From the NCBI GenBank assembly GCA_964016885.1, contig OZ024743.1, positions 93,744,001-93,808,000 on the forward strand: a DNA stretch of 64,000 bases. Reading direction: 5' to 3'. Of the stretch, positions 12,724 through 24,490 are shown piece after piece; within the stretch, counting starts at the first letter, position 1, and every line of letters begins with the position of its first letter. The notes under the pieces are model-generated. The model ran no database searches and was not told the DNA's origin. It was given only the letters and a program-made list of their open reading frames with translations. The stretch is from Eledone cirrhosa. Lineage: Eukaryota. A program made the position numbers and the translations under genes.

Positions 12724-13090
12724 TACTCTCAGGGCTCAAATAATTGCACCACCTTATCCCTTACTGCTTATTAATATTTCAGAATCCCCCTACTGCCCGC
12801 TTCATTAAACTTTTCAAATCCATCTCCGGCAAAATTTTATTTTAAGTGGTAGCATTCCTGCAACAATAAATTTTCTTCAGACATTAAAAAACATTATACA
12901 TGACAAAAAAACTACATTACTAGAAATCCCATACGTTATAAAATAATTAGGATGGGTTGGGGTCTCAATATGTAAACTAAACAACTAATTCTGGTTTTTA
13001 AAAAATCAACAGAAACAACCTAGAAAAATTACCGATCCTCCCACTCCACTTATTCCAACCCACTCCCTTATTTTGGGGGACCCAAAAGTA
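12724..13090 (+). mobile_element. TA-flanked MITE family
   Basis: Termini TACTCTC..CAAATAA/TTATTTTGGG.GACCCAAAAGTA; body shared with ~19673-20065 and ~27138-27460. Confidence 0.7.
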
Positions 13091-13325
13091 GAGGATAACT
13101 TCATCTCATCAGTTGCATATATTCTGAAAAAATAAAAAGAGGATCATTTGTGTCGCCTTTCTCCCAATGATCTGTGCTGGACTTACCTATAAGTTAAATA
13201 AGCTAGAGTTTAGAGCCACACACCCTCAGAGGGAAAAGGCTCATTTTAATATATATTTTATTTTATCATTAGTTTTTAGTTTTTTACACTAAATCATCAA
13301 AAATTATATGTATATATATATATAT

Positions 13326-14696
13326 ATCATCATCATCATCATCATTTTACGTCCGCTTTTCCCTGCTTGCAAGGGTTGGACGGGTCCTATTCAGCACAGC
13401 ATCTTCACACCCGTCACGGTCCTTCATCATCTCCAGTTTCAGCGATCTGAGGTCTGCTCTCACCACCTCCGCCCATGTTTTTCGTGGTCTACCTCTACTG
13501 CGTCTTCTCTCCACTGGGACTTCCTGGCACTTCTTCACCCAGCAGTCATCCTCCATGTGCATCACATGTCCATACCATCTCAGCCTTCTCTCCTGCACAC
13601 CACAACTTATCCCTCTTATACACAGTTTCTTTCTCAACTCGTCTATGCTTGGTCGTTCACGCACATTGACATTGCACATCCAACGGAACATACTTGCTTT
13701 ATTTCTCTCCAGCTGTCGCATATCTTCTGCAGTTGCTGCCCATGTCTCACTACTATGCAGCATCATGCATCTCACACAGGTATCATATAATCGTCCTTTC
13801 ATATGCAGGGAGAAACCTTTCTTTGTCAACAGAGGGGGCAGCTCCCTAAACTTCTTCCAACCCGTCCTTATTCTAGATACTATGGCCTTGGAACACCCCC
13901 CTCCCATGCTAATCTGATCACCTAGGTACCGGAAGCTATCAACCACTTCTATAGAACCCACCTGCATTGGAAAAATAAGTCTATCACAGCGATTACTACT
14001 GCCAACTTTCCCTGTACATCTACTACATACGTAGTTCTCCCTACCTGTTAGTTTGCCTGCTATCCCACTACATCTCTTGTGTACCCAAGATCTGCATTGC
14101 ATACATTTTATGGAATTTATGCCAGTTCCTTTCCTACATATCAAACATGGCCATTTCCCTGATGGAATCAGAGTATTGTCCTCTCTTCTACTTATCAACA
14201 CCTTTGTTTTAGCTATGTTCACTCTCAGGCCTCTTGATTCCAACTGCTGTTTCCATAGCCAGAATTTATTCTCTAGCTCCTTTACTGATTCTGCTATAAG
14301 AACCAGATCATCAGCATAAAGAAGTTCCCATGGGCATCCAGTCTTAAACTCCTCTGTTATGGCTTGGAGGACTATAATGAACAAGAGTGGGCTGAGGACA
14401 GAACCTTGATGTACACCTACTTGTATCTGCAATTCCTCACTAAACTCCATTCCTACCCTCACTTTACTGACAGCACCCCTGTACATAGCTTGCACTGTCA
14501 TCACAAGCCATTCCTCTACCCCTAGTTTCCTTAGAGACCACCAGATGACAGATCAGGGTACCCTATCAAAGGCCTTCTCTATGTCAACAAAAGCTTAGTA
14601 TAGTGGCTTATTCTTCTCTAAGAACCTCTCTTGTAGTTGCCTCACTATGAAGAGGGCATCTGTTGTACTTTTCCCAGGCACAAAACCAAACTGCAT
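13326..14696 (-). mobile_element. RTE-clade LINE, 5'-truncated, with (GAT)n tail
   Basis: ORF 13347-14504 has RT motifs GVHQGSVLSPLLF, LLYADD, FRYLG and RLRWYGHV, plus an inserted PHD-like C4HC3 segment. Confidence 0.95.
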
Positions 14697-14699
14697 ATA

Positions 14700-14975
14700 T
14701 ATATTGTTATATTTAGGGAGGGTCATATTGTTATAATATTGTCAGAAATAATAATGGTTTCTTTATTGGCACACTCACTGTTTGGTTTGGATTAGTTTTC
14801 GCTTCTGTGTATTTTATATCCCTATAGTTAATTTATCTGACATTTAATGTTTATCAATGATTGACCAACGATTAAAAATACAGATATAAATATATATATA
14901 TATAGTCTATCAAAGTTCTTTCGTCACACATCAGTGACATCATCAGTGGTACTATTATGTTTCCTCCCATTGTAT
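14700..14975 (+). repeat. ~270-bp direct repeat flanking the Penelope fragment (second copy ~16620-16885)
   Basis: Shared GAGGGTCATA..GTTATAATATTG...GTCTATCAAAGTTCTTTC...GGTACTATTATGTTTCCTCC. Partial inverted copies at ~16905-16959 and ~17260-17400. Confidence 0.9.
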
Positions 14976-15284
14976 TGTAATGTCTATGTTATTTTTATTT
15001 AGTTCATTTATTTATTCTTGTCTCTGTTTGCGTTTGCGTGTGTGTTTTCTGTTTGGTGTGTGTGTTCATGTTTGAGACTATGTGTGTTTTTATTCTATCT
15101 TTGTTCACTAGTGTGTGTTTATGTGTGTTTGTTGTTATTGTACTTGTGTATATTTATTTATTTATATTTACCTTAGGTCAGTATTGTGTGTTTGGGTATG
15201 GTTGTTGTTATTCTATTCATTTTTTCTGTTCAACTTTGGTTTTCTTAGTTCTATTTCAATTGCTTCTCTAAAATCTGTAGGAGG

Positions 15285-16195
15285 GTGACACACACATTTA
15301 GACCCTTCCATAAACTAAATGAAAAACTTAATTACATACACAAGGACTCATGCCACCCACCTACAGTTTTTAGAAACTTTGTGAATAATATTGGTACGAG
15401 AATCTCTAACCCTCTCCTCTAATAAAACAACCTTTGACAGAACGGCACCCTACTACAACGCGGTGTTACCTAACAGCAGCTTACTCCCCTGCTAACACCA
15501 ACAGCAATAGGAAAATAAATCATGCTAATAGAAAAGCAATTTAGTTCTCCTCCCCCACCCCCTCTTCTCAGTCAACGTTAAAACTAATGTAGGAAATAAT
15601 TTGTTCACTCTCTTAGATAGACACTTCCCCATAGGTCACAAATACTGCTCCATCTTTAACAGACAGGGTGAAACTAGGATACTCCTGTGCTAAGAATATA
15701 GAGGCCCACATCACCAACAGCCCTAAGAGCAACACCCCACCAGGATGCTCTTGTTGAAAGCATGAAGCTTATCCCCTTCAAAAACAATGCAACACACCCA
15801 CTGTAATTTATGAAGCTGTGTTCACTTCTAACCGTCCAAATCAACAACAAGAGGTTAAATCCTATGTAGGTATAGTGGAGGGCTGGTTTAAGGAATGCTT
15901 CCTGAACCATGAGTCAACCTTTAGATATCCAGACAAACGATTGTCCACGAAACTCACAAGCCACATATGGTCCCTCAAGGACACAGGTGTAGATTACTCC
16001 ATCCACTGGAAACCTATTACTAAGTCTAAGCCATACGCAAGGGGGAATCCGTCTTGTGGGCTATGCATTGAAGAAAGGATCAATATCCTGAGAGGATTAC
16101 ATAATAGTAATTGCCCAAATTCAAGGAATGAACTTTTCTCACGTTGTCTACATGTCTGGAAACACCTATTCCATAATTACAAAGCTCCAGATTGA
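15285..16195 (+). mobile_element. Penelope-like element (Naiad-type) 3' fragment with GIY-YIG endonuclease
   Basis: VIYEAV...YVGI...FLNH...LTSHIWSLK...CGLCIEE...NSRNELFSRCLH, preceded in frame by a decayed CxC-x5-C-x5-C linker (CSC*KHEA[Y]PLQKQC). Confidence 0.85.
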
Positions 16196-17402
16196 CTAAC
16201 ATCAACAATCTATAATAATCTGAATAGCCTGAATAATTTATTTCGGGCATCCACAATTATCTCCCTTACATCGATCTATTGTGCACATGCGTATTTGTAC
16301 AGTTGTTTTATCCTTTTCCATACAACTTCATTTAGACCGTGCTGGGGATCTGAATAAGGTGAAACATTTGTTCTTGGTATGGTGAACTAACCGTTGTGGA
16401 ACTACTTCCACCTAACTCGTCCCATGGACTGAGTGCTCTACTACTACAGATATAACCCTCCAGTGTTCTACTATTATATATATATATATATTAATTAAAA
16501 GTTAATTAGTCCCTAATACTTAAACATCTCAATGAGTGAATAAAATATATAGATAATAAATCACTCATATATATATATTTGTTTTGCAAGGTTTTTGATA
16601 TGAAATCGTGTGTCGAAACAAATATTGTTATACTTGAGGAGGGTCATATAGTTATAATATTGCCAGAAATAATAACAGAACACACTCACTGTTTGGTTTG
16701 GTTTGGTTTTCACTTCTGTATCTTTTATATCTCCATAGTTAATTTATTTGGCAATCAATGTTTATCATTGATTGACCAGCGGTTAAAAAATACAGATATA
16801 AATATATATATATAGTCTATCAAAGTTCTTTCATCACAAATCTGCGACATCATCAGTGGTACTATTATGTTTCCTCCAATTGTATTTCCTCCCGTTGTAT
16901 TTCCAATGGGAGGAAACATAATAGTACCACAGATGTGCGACGAAAGAACTTTGATAGACATCATATATATATTTCAGGAATTCTGGCTTTCACTTAATAA
17001 TACTTGCGAAACAGATTTAAGTCCGTCTGGGTATCAAAGGCTATTGCCCGATATAGGTTTGTTATTTTTATTGATTTATTACTTTAAATCGAGTCAGGCA
17101 AACCATATTGTTTTAAATTAGCATTTTTTCAACCTAGCTAACTTGGTCATTTGCAATTGGAACACATGTATACTTGTATCTGTGTTCATCCCTCTCATAT
17201 ATCCAATTATATTACACGGCTCGGAAAGATTCCCTTCTTTGAGCTATTTAATTGTAAAAGACATTGATTGCCAAATAAATTAACTATGGAGATATAAAAG
17301 ATACAGAAGCGAAAACCAAACCAAACCAAACAGTGAGTGTGTTCTGTTATTATTTCTGGCAATATTATAACTATATTACCCTCCTCAAGTATAACAATAT
17401 AT

Positions 17403-17748
17403 ATCATCATCATCATCATCATCATTTTACGTCCGCTTTTCCCTGCTTGCAAGGGTGGGACGGGAACTGATTCTGGCTTGATTTCTACAGCTAGATGCCC
17501 TTCCTAACACCAACCTCATTTACAGTGAGTGCTGGGTGCTTTTTTGCCGTGGCACCTCCATGACCACTTTGCAGGGGAATGATATGGACCCCAGTCCCTA
17601 TCATCTCATTTCTACAGCTGAGTAAACTGGAGCAATGTGAAATAAAGTGTCTTGCTCAAGGAAACAACACATCACCCGGTCTGAGAATTGAACTCACAAC
17701 CTTTCGATTGCAAGACCAATGCTCTAACCACTAAGCCATGTGCCTCAT
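17403..17748 (-). mobile_element. tRNA-derived SINE, family B, with RTE-LINE 3' tail
   Basis: Near-identical inverse of 52587-52920. Confidence 0.9.
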
Positions 17749-17993
17749 AGACAGAGCCTGACTTTCATTAACCGATGCCCTAAGCTATACGACATTCAGG
17801 TAAAAAAAATTCTAAATAATTATATATATGGTTATTATTTTTTATATTAATATTAATGATAAAGAAATATGAATATATATATATATATATTCATATTTCT
17901 TTATCATTAATATTAATATAAAAAATAATAACCATATATAATTATTTAGAATTTTTTTTTACCTGAATGTCGTATAGTCAGGCCCTGTCTATG
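17746..17993. repeat. ~250-bp fold-back palindrome centred on (TA)n
   Basis: CTATACGACATTCAGGTAAAA...GAATATATA is mirrored to ...CCTGAATGTCGTATAG; the left arm has an extra ~21 nt. Confidence 0.93.
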
Positions 17994-18877
17994 ATTAAGT
18001 GGCTAAAAAAGCTTGAAAGAATTCAAATTGAACACTGAATGTATTAAGTTCAGCCCTATATCTAGAAAGACCAATCTTACTCAGGCTCTTAACATATATA
18101 CAAATCTAAATTGGGTACAGTAAGGCATTCAGTCTAATGCATTCAAATTTCTAGAAAATGATAATTAAGAATTATGTTTGCTTCCATGATAAGATATAAA
18201 TTATGATGTTACGGTCTTGTAGCTCAGTCAATCTAACCTTGAACAAAAACAACTTAAAACATATGAACCAACAATACTCAATGTTATAATAAAAACAATC
18301 CCATACAACAACTTTAGTCACAGCAAGAGCTGAGGAAAGAGGCATTTATCTGGTATGATATCAACTTTGAATTGTTACATAAGCATAGTATCGTATACCA
18401 ATGTGACATGATTGAAATTACTTCCAACAATAATAAGATGAATGTAAAATTGCTTTACAATTATTGTATGGCTAAACTGTTTGTTTTTTTTAATAATTCA
18501 GACTGTGATTAGGTGGATGGTTTCTAAATGATATAAAGCAAGACATTTTAGTACACTTGCTGGTCTGCATAAATACACTTGTCTAATATATATCCAGGGA
18601 GTGTAACGTGAAGTTACTGTAGGTTCACCCAGGTGAGCACTTGATGTTAAGGTTCACACCTGTAGCAAGGTGTAGAGCTAAACAGAGTGAAAATATAATA
18701 CAAGGACGATTTGTTAAACTTTCATTACGTTTATTGATTGGTGACGCGCGTTTCACTATTGATCAGCTCAAGGTTCAATCTATGTCGATCTGGCCCGACT
18801 CTGGAATCAAAAGCTCATCGGACTTCTCATATATATGCTATATATATATGCTATATATATATGCTATATATATATAT

Positions 18878-19672
18878 ATGGCATAAATTCTATAAAATGC
18901 ACACAATGCAGATCCTGGGTACACAAGAGATGTAGTGGGATAGCAGGCAAACTAACAGGTAGGGAGAAATATGTATGCAGTAGATGTACAGGGAAATTAG
19001 ACAGTAGAAGTCGCATTGATAGACACATTTTTCAAATGCAGGAGGGCACTATAGAAGTGGTGGATAGCTTCCGGTACCTAGGAGATCAATTAGCATGGGA
19101 GGGGGTGTTCCGAGGCCATAGTATCTAGAATAAGGACGGGTTGGAAGAAGTTTAGGGAGCTGCTTCCTCTGCTGACAAACAAGGGTTTCTCGCTGCATAC
19201 AAAAGGCCGGTTATATGATGCCTGTGTGAGGAGCGCGATGCTGCATGGTAGTGAGACTTGGGTAGCAATGGATATGCGATGGCTGGAGAGAAATGAGGCA
19301 AGCATGCTCCGTTGGATGTGCAGTGTAAATGTGCGTGAACGACCCAGCATAAATGTGTTCAGAGAGAAACTGTGTCTGAAAGGGATAGAATGTAGTGTGT
19401 GAGAGAGGAGACTGCAGTGGTATGGACATGTGATGCACATGGAGGATGACCAATGGGTGAAGAAGTGCCAGGAAATGCCAGTTGAAGGAAGACGTGGTAG
19501 AGGTAGACCACGAAAAACATAGGCGGAGGTGGTGAGAACAGACCTCAGATTGCTGAAGCTCACGGTGGAGATGACGAAGGACCGTGACAAGTGGAGAGAT
19601 GCTGTGCTGAATAAGACCCATCCCACCCTTGCAAGCAGGGAAAAGTGGACGTAAAATGATGATGATGATGAT
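18878..19672 (+). mobile_element. RTE LINE 3' part with (GAT)n tail
   Basis: Same family as 13326-14696 in the opposite orientation; contains frameshifts and stops. Confidence 0.93.
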
Positions 19673-20587
19673 GTAGCATTCCTACGACAATAAATTTTCT
19701 TTAGACATTAAAAAACATTATACATGACCAAAAAAAAAGATACATTACTAAAAATTCCATACTTTATAAAATAAATTAGGATGGGTTGGGGTCTCAATAT
19801 GTAAACTAAATGAATAATTCTGGTTTTTAAAAAAATTGACGGTGACAACCTATTAAAATTACCAATTCTCCCCACCGCCTTATTTTAACCCCACACTTAT
19901 TCCAACAATCCACTTATTCCACACACCCCACCCCAAAACCCCCCACTTATTCTACCACCACCACCACACTTATTCCACCCCACCCCCACTTATTCCACCC
20001 CACCACTCACTTATTCCACCCCACCCATCACTTGTTCCACCCCCTATTATTTGGGACTTGAAAGTAACCTAACAAAAACGTGAGATACTTCCCCAGCTCT
20101 AGAGATATACAACATATAACTCTAAATATTTGTTGTGGTAAATAAATCCCTATCTCATTAAATGTTTGACATTATGTTTCATTAATTGTCACTAAATAAG
20201 GCAGTGATTCCCACCCACAGGGGAAAATTAGAATATTTAAGAGAGGTAATTTGAAAATGATGTTAATAAGAACAAACCACAGGTTTTACCTTATTACTTT
20301 TATATCAAGGCATCTTTGGTACAAGTTACTGTTGGAAACTCCTGTCTCACTTTCTCCACACATGTTATTGTGCATCTAGATTTAACTTTATTATATACTT
20401 TTACAAAACTGAATTTGTTTTCTTATCAAAGGAACTCAACGAATGGAGAGATGCCGTGCTTAGGAGGACCCATCCAACTCATGCAAGCCTGGAAAAATGG
20501 ACATAAAAATGATGATGAAAGGTGGGTATAACAATTTTTGAGATGTTGAGGTGGAGCATGGTGCAAAAAAAGTTGGGAACCACTGAA

Positions 20588-20803
20588 ATAAGGTAATGGC
20601 TGTATTTTTTTTTTTAAATCCTCTATTTTAATTAATTAATGAAGAATTTTGACGGATTTACTAAAACTATTAATTATTTCATTAGGAAGATACTAAACTA
20701 ATGTAAGGTTCTTATATAAAATTAAATTGGAAATCTTTAAAATGGGTGGTTTATTTCATAGAACCAGAGCTGGTTTTGGCTGGATTGGTGACTAAAGGGA
20801 TAA
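20588..20803 (-). mobile_element. TTAA-type (piggyBac-like) MITE
   Basis: Inverse homolog of ~41660-41889. Confidence 0.6.
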
Positions 20804-21133
20804 GGACATCACAAATGTACATATGTCAACATACAAGCAAAATAATAATTGTTTCTATTTTTAGGCACAAGGCCAGCAATTACCCAGTACATTACTGGTA
20901 CTTTATTTTATCGACCCCGTAAGGATGACAGGCAAAGTTAACCTCGGCGGGATTTGAACTCAGATCATAAAGACAAGCAAAATAATAATATAAATAAATC
21001 ACAAAATCAAATACATTGGTCCAAGTTTGTATCCTTTTTCACATCTCAAAAGTAGTTTTAGTTTTTTAATATAAACGATTTGCGACAAAGCACCATCTGA
21101 GGATCAAAACTACAAAGTATTTGAGATTTGATA

Positions 21134-22396
21134 TGACGGTGGGCTGAAAAATTCATAGGCTGACTATGAAGGAGTAATGTTAGAGCTGTGAAATCTTGTA
21201 TGCACTAATTTTAACTCTTCTTATTAATAACTACATTGTTTCTTTCCAGGTAAACTGACACCTGATTGTTCAAAGATGACTTCAAAAGTAACTAGTAGCA
21301 GCTTCTCTTGAAAATGGACAAAATTTGGCATTGTGGTGTTATCTGCAGAAAAAGGATTAAGCCCCCAAGCTCATTCATGCTGACATGATTGCTACATTAG
21401 GGGTGACATTCCAGCTTCATCAACTGTGCAAAAATGGGCAGCTGAATTTAGCAGGGGAAGGGAGAGTTTTGAAGATGACACAAGGTCTGGACGTCCTGCA
21501 ACTGCCACCACCAAGGAAAACATTGATCATGTTCACCACATGGTGTTAGATGACAGGTGATTGATTATTAGCATGTCCTGTGAGACAGTTGAGAATATTC
21601 TGCACAATGAACTTGGCATGAGGAAGGTTTCTGCTCAGTGAGTGCCATGTCTTCTGACACCTGATCAAAAGCACTCCTGGTTGATCAAATCACGGGAAAA
21701 GCTGACATTGTATGAGGCAGATCCACATGGTTTCCTTGAATGTTTCCTTACCCAGGATGAGTGTTGGGTTCATCACTTTGAGCCAGAGACAAAGAGACAA
21801 TCCATGCAGTGGAAACATCCTTCCTCATCTGCTTCAAAGAAGGCCAAGGTCGTTTCATCTGCTGGGAAGATGATGGACTCAGTTTTTTTTTATGCAAAAG
21901 GTATTGTGTTTATTGACTATCTTCAAAAGGGCCACACCATCAATGGAGAGTACTATGCCAACTTCCTGGGGCAGTTACAAAAGGCTATCAAGACCAAACG
22001 CTCCGGAAAACAAACAAAAGGGGTCTTGTTTCATCAGGACAATGCTCCAGCACACAAATCCTTGGTTTCAATGGCAGCTGTGCATGACTGTGGCTTTGAA
22101 CTGGTTGACCACCTTCCCAATTCTCCTGATTTGACCCCCATCTGACTATCATCTGTTCCCCAACATGAAAAACACTCGGCTGGCAACCAGTATCTCAGTG
22201 ATGACGTCATATCTGTTGTTGATGACTTTTTTAACCAACAGGATCAAAGCATCTTCACCAATGGGACCCAAGCACTGCAACACTGATGGAAGAAGTATGT
22301 GGACTGCATGAAGCACTATGTTGATAAATAAACCTCATTTGGTCACATTCCATGAGGGTGTCTTGGTCAGCTTAACAACTTTTCAGCAAACCCTCG
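21134..22396 (+). mobile_element. Mariner (D,D34D) transposon, full length, decayed
   Basis: TA TSD; TIRs TGACGGTGGGCTGAAAAATT/AACTTTTCAGCAAACCCTCG; motifs TQDECW, HQDNAPAH and SPDLTP; several stops. Confidence 0.93.
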
Positions 22397-22604
22397 TAAA
22401 TTTCTATTTGAAAGTCAGAGCTATTTCGATCATGTCTTTTCTTATCACATCGGCCATCTCTTGAAAAACTGGTTTGAATCCGACTCTGTTTACTCACACA
22501 AGTGTCACCATTTTCAAGAATATAAACATTGTTTATATTGAAGTAAATAAAATGCAATATCAAATATGTCAATGCATGAGACAGCAGTTTTTCCTTTTCA
22601 AATA

Positions 22605-24490
22605 TTTGTATAGAGAGGTGGTTAGAGTAAGTAACAGAATTATCAAGCTTAGAATATCTATAGGAAATAGACTGGGGACAAATACATCTACCCACGTTCT
22701 ACAGGCAGGACTGGATAAAGAACAAAAGAATAGATTCTCTGAGAAACTTTTACAGACAACTTCGGGTAGTGATGAAAGAAACCTCATCGTCTTGGCAGGC
22801 AACTTCAATGGACATGTGGGACAGTACCAGGATGGATTCAGTGGAGTTCATGGTGACTATGGTTATGGCTCAAGAAATGTAGAGGGACTGGGACTCCTGA
22901 AATTCTGTGATTCAAATGAACTAACCATTTGCAACACAAATTTCAGGAAACCTACTAATCATCTAATCCCATATCAATCAGGTGAGCACACAAGCCAAAT
23001 TGATTACTTACTTGTAAGACAATGAGAATAAATGGACTGCTGGGGAAAAATGCTCTGCCCAACATAAGTTAGTTAAATGACAAGAGGGAGGAGAAGTTAG
23101 ATGCATTTGACATAGAAAACAATTAAAAGTTCCTATGAAGCAACCAGCCAGAGTCTACTGTGGCTAGAATAAAGCACCAGCTGGACAAAGAGTGACCTCG
23201 TGGTGGAACAGTACAGTGGTTAGAATCATTAAAGTCAAGAGATAGGCCAGTAGTGACTGGAAAAATAGAGGCAACAAAGACCAATACCAAGTAACTAAAA
23301 AAGAAGCTAAATGACAGGTATACATAGCACACAAAGCAGCTGAAAGCAGGAAATTTGCCAATGTCTTACAACATAAGAATCAGAGACATGAGATGTTTTG
23401 CATTGCAACGCAGTGTGTCAGTGTAAATCTGAATGTTGTTGGGGAAAAGTGTGTTCGAAATGATACCTGTGCACTTAACATCATTGATACTGAAAAGAAA
23501 AAGGCCTGGAAATGCTACTATGAGAGGCTGGTGAATGTGAAGAATATGAGGAAGAGTGACTACCCCCAGCTGACCCAAGATAGGGACCAGCTATCAAAAT
23601 TGACAATTATAGGGTCAAAAAAGTAATCACTAAACTAAAAGTCTAAAGTCTGCCTCAAGCCAGGGGACTCATCAGGCCAGTGATTATCTTGATTTCATGG
23701 CGTGAAATGACTGAGAGTACAAGACTCTCCCCTGGACAGAATGCTAGTCCATCGCAGGGTTAAACCCCCCAGCTATTACTGGTACTCATTTCATTTTTAG
23801 CTGAGTATACTGGATTAACATGAAATGAAGTGTTTTGCTAAAGAACACAATACACAACCCAGCCCAGGAATCGAACTATAACATTATGATTGTAAGTCCA
23901 ACACCCTTACCACTAGGCCATCCGCCTCCACAGAAAAGAAAAAAGCCTGGGACTGCTACTATGAGAGGCTGGTGAATGTGAAGAATGTGAGGAAGTGACT
24001 ACTCCCAGCTGATTCAACAGAAGTATCAACTATCGAAGTTGACAGTTATATGGACCAAAGAAGCAATCAAGGAGATGAAAAATGGTAAAGCTGCTGCACC
24101 ATCAGAGATAGTCGTTGAAATGCTCAAAGAACCTGGAGAAGTAAGTCACCCACAATCAATCTGGCAATACAGGACAGGGTCATACCCAATGACACATTAG
24201 GATATTCATCGGTAGAGAGTCGAACGCCATGCTTTCCAGCATAGTTACATCCCTTTACGATCTGAGTTCAAATCCCGCAGAGGTTGACTTTGCCTTTCAT
24301 CCTTACGGGGTCCATAAAATAAAGTACCAGTAATGCACTGGGTAATTGCTGGCCTTGTGCCTAAAGTAGAAACAATTATTTGCTACAAGGGAAAAAGGGA
24401 TACTCTGGAAAGGAGCAGCTACAGAAACATAAAACAGAAACTAGTTATGAAAGTGGCAGAAAGCACTCTAACAAATTAATTAGGTAAAGG
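22605..24490 (+). mobile_element. Old RTE LINE (AP-endonuclease region), interrupted by SINEs
   Basis: LAGNFNGHVG, GYGSRNVEG, ICNTNFRKP and SQIDYLL; SINE inserts at ~23650-23930(-) and ~24208-24380(+). Confidence 0.85.

Noticed and set aside
13180-13205. Minus-strand TAG|GTAAGT recursive splice site
   Set aside because: Weak pyrimidine tract and no evidence of a minus-strand host transcript.
15755-15757. In-frame TGA in the Naiad-type linker read as selenocysteine
   Set aside because: It follows CxC at a non-Cys position that is usually Arg, so CGA>TGA decay explains it. I could not identify a SECIS.
18602-18830. Solo LTR fragment
   Set aside because: Starts TGTAACG and has a minus-strand AATAAA, but there is no second end, TSD or homolog in the window.
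21029-21037. Second U12-like donor GTATCCTTT
   Set aside because: No recognisable exon upstream and no matching branch site or acceptor identified.
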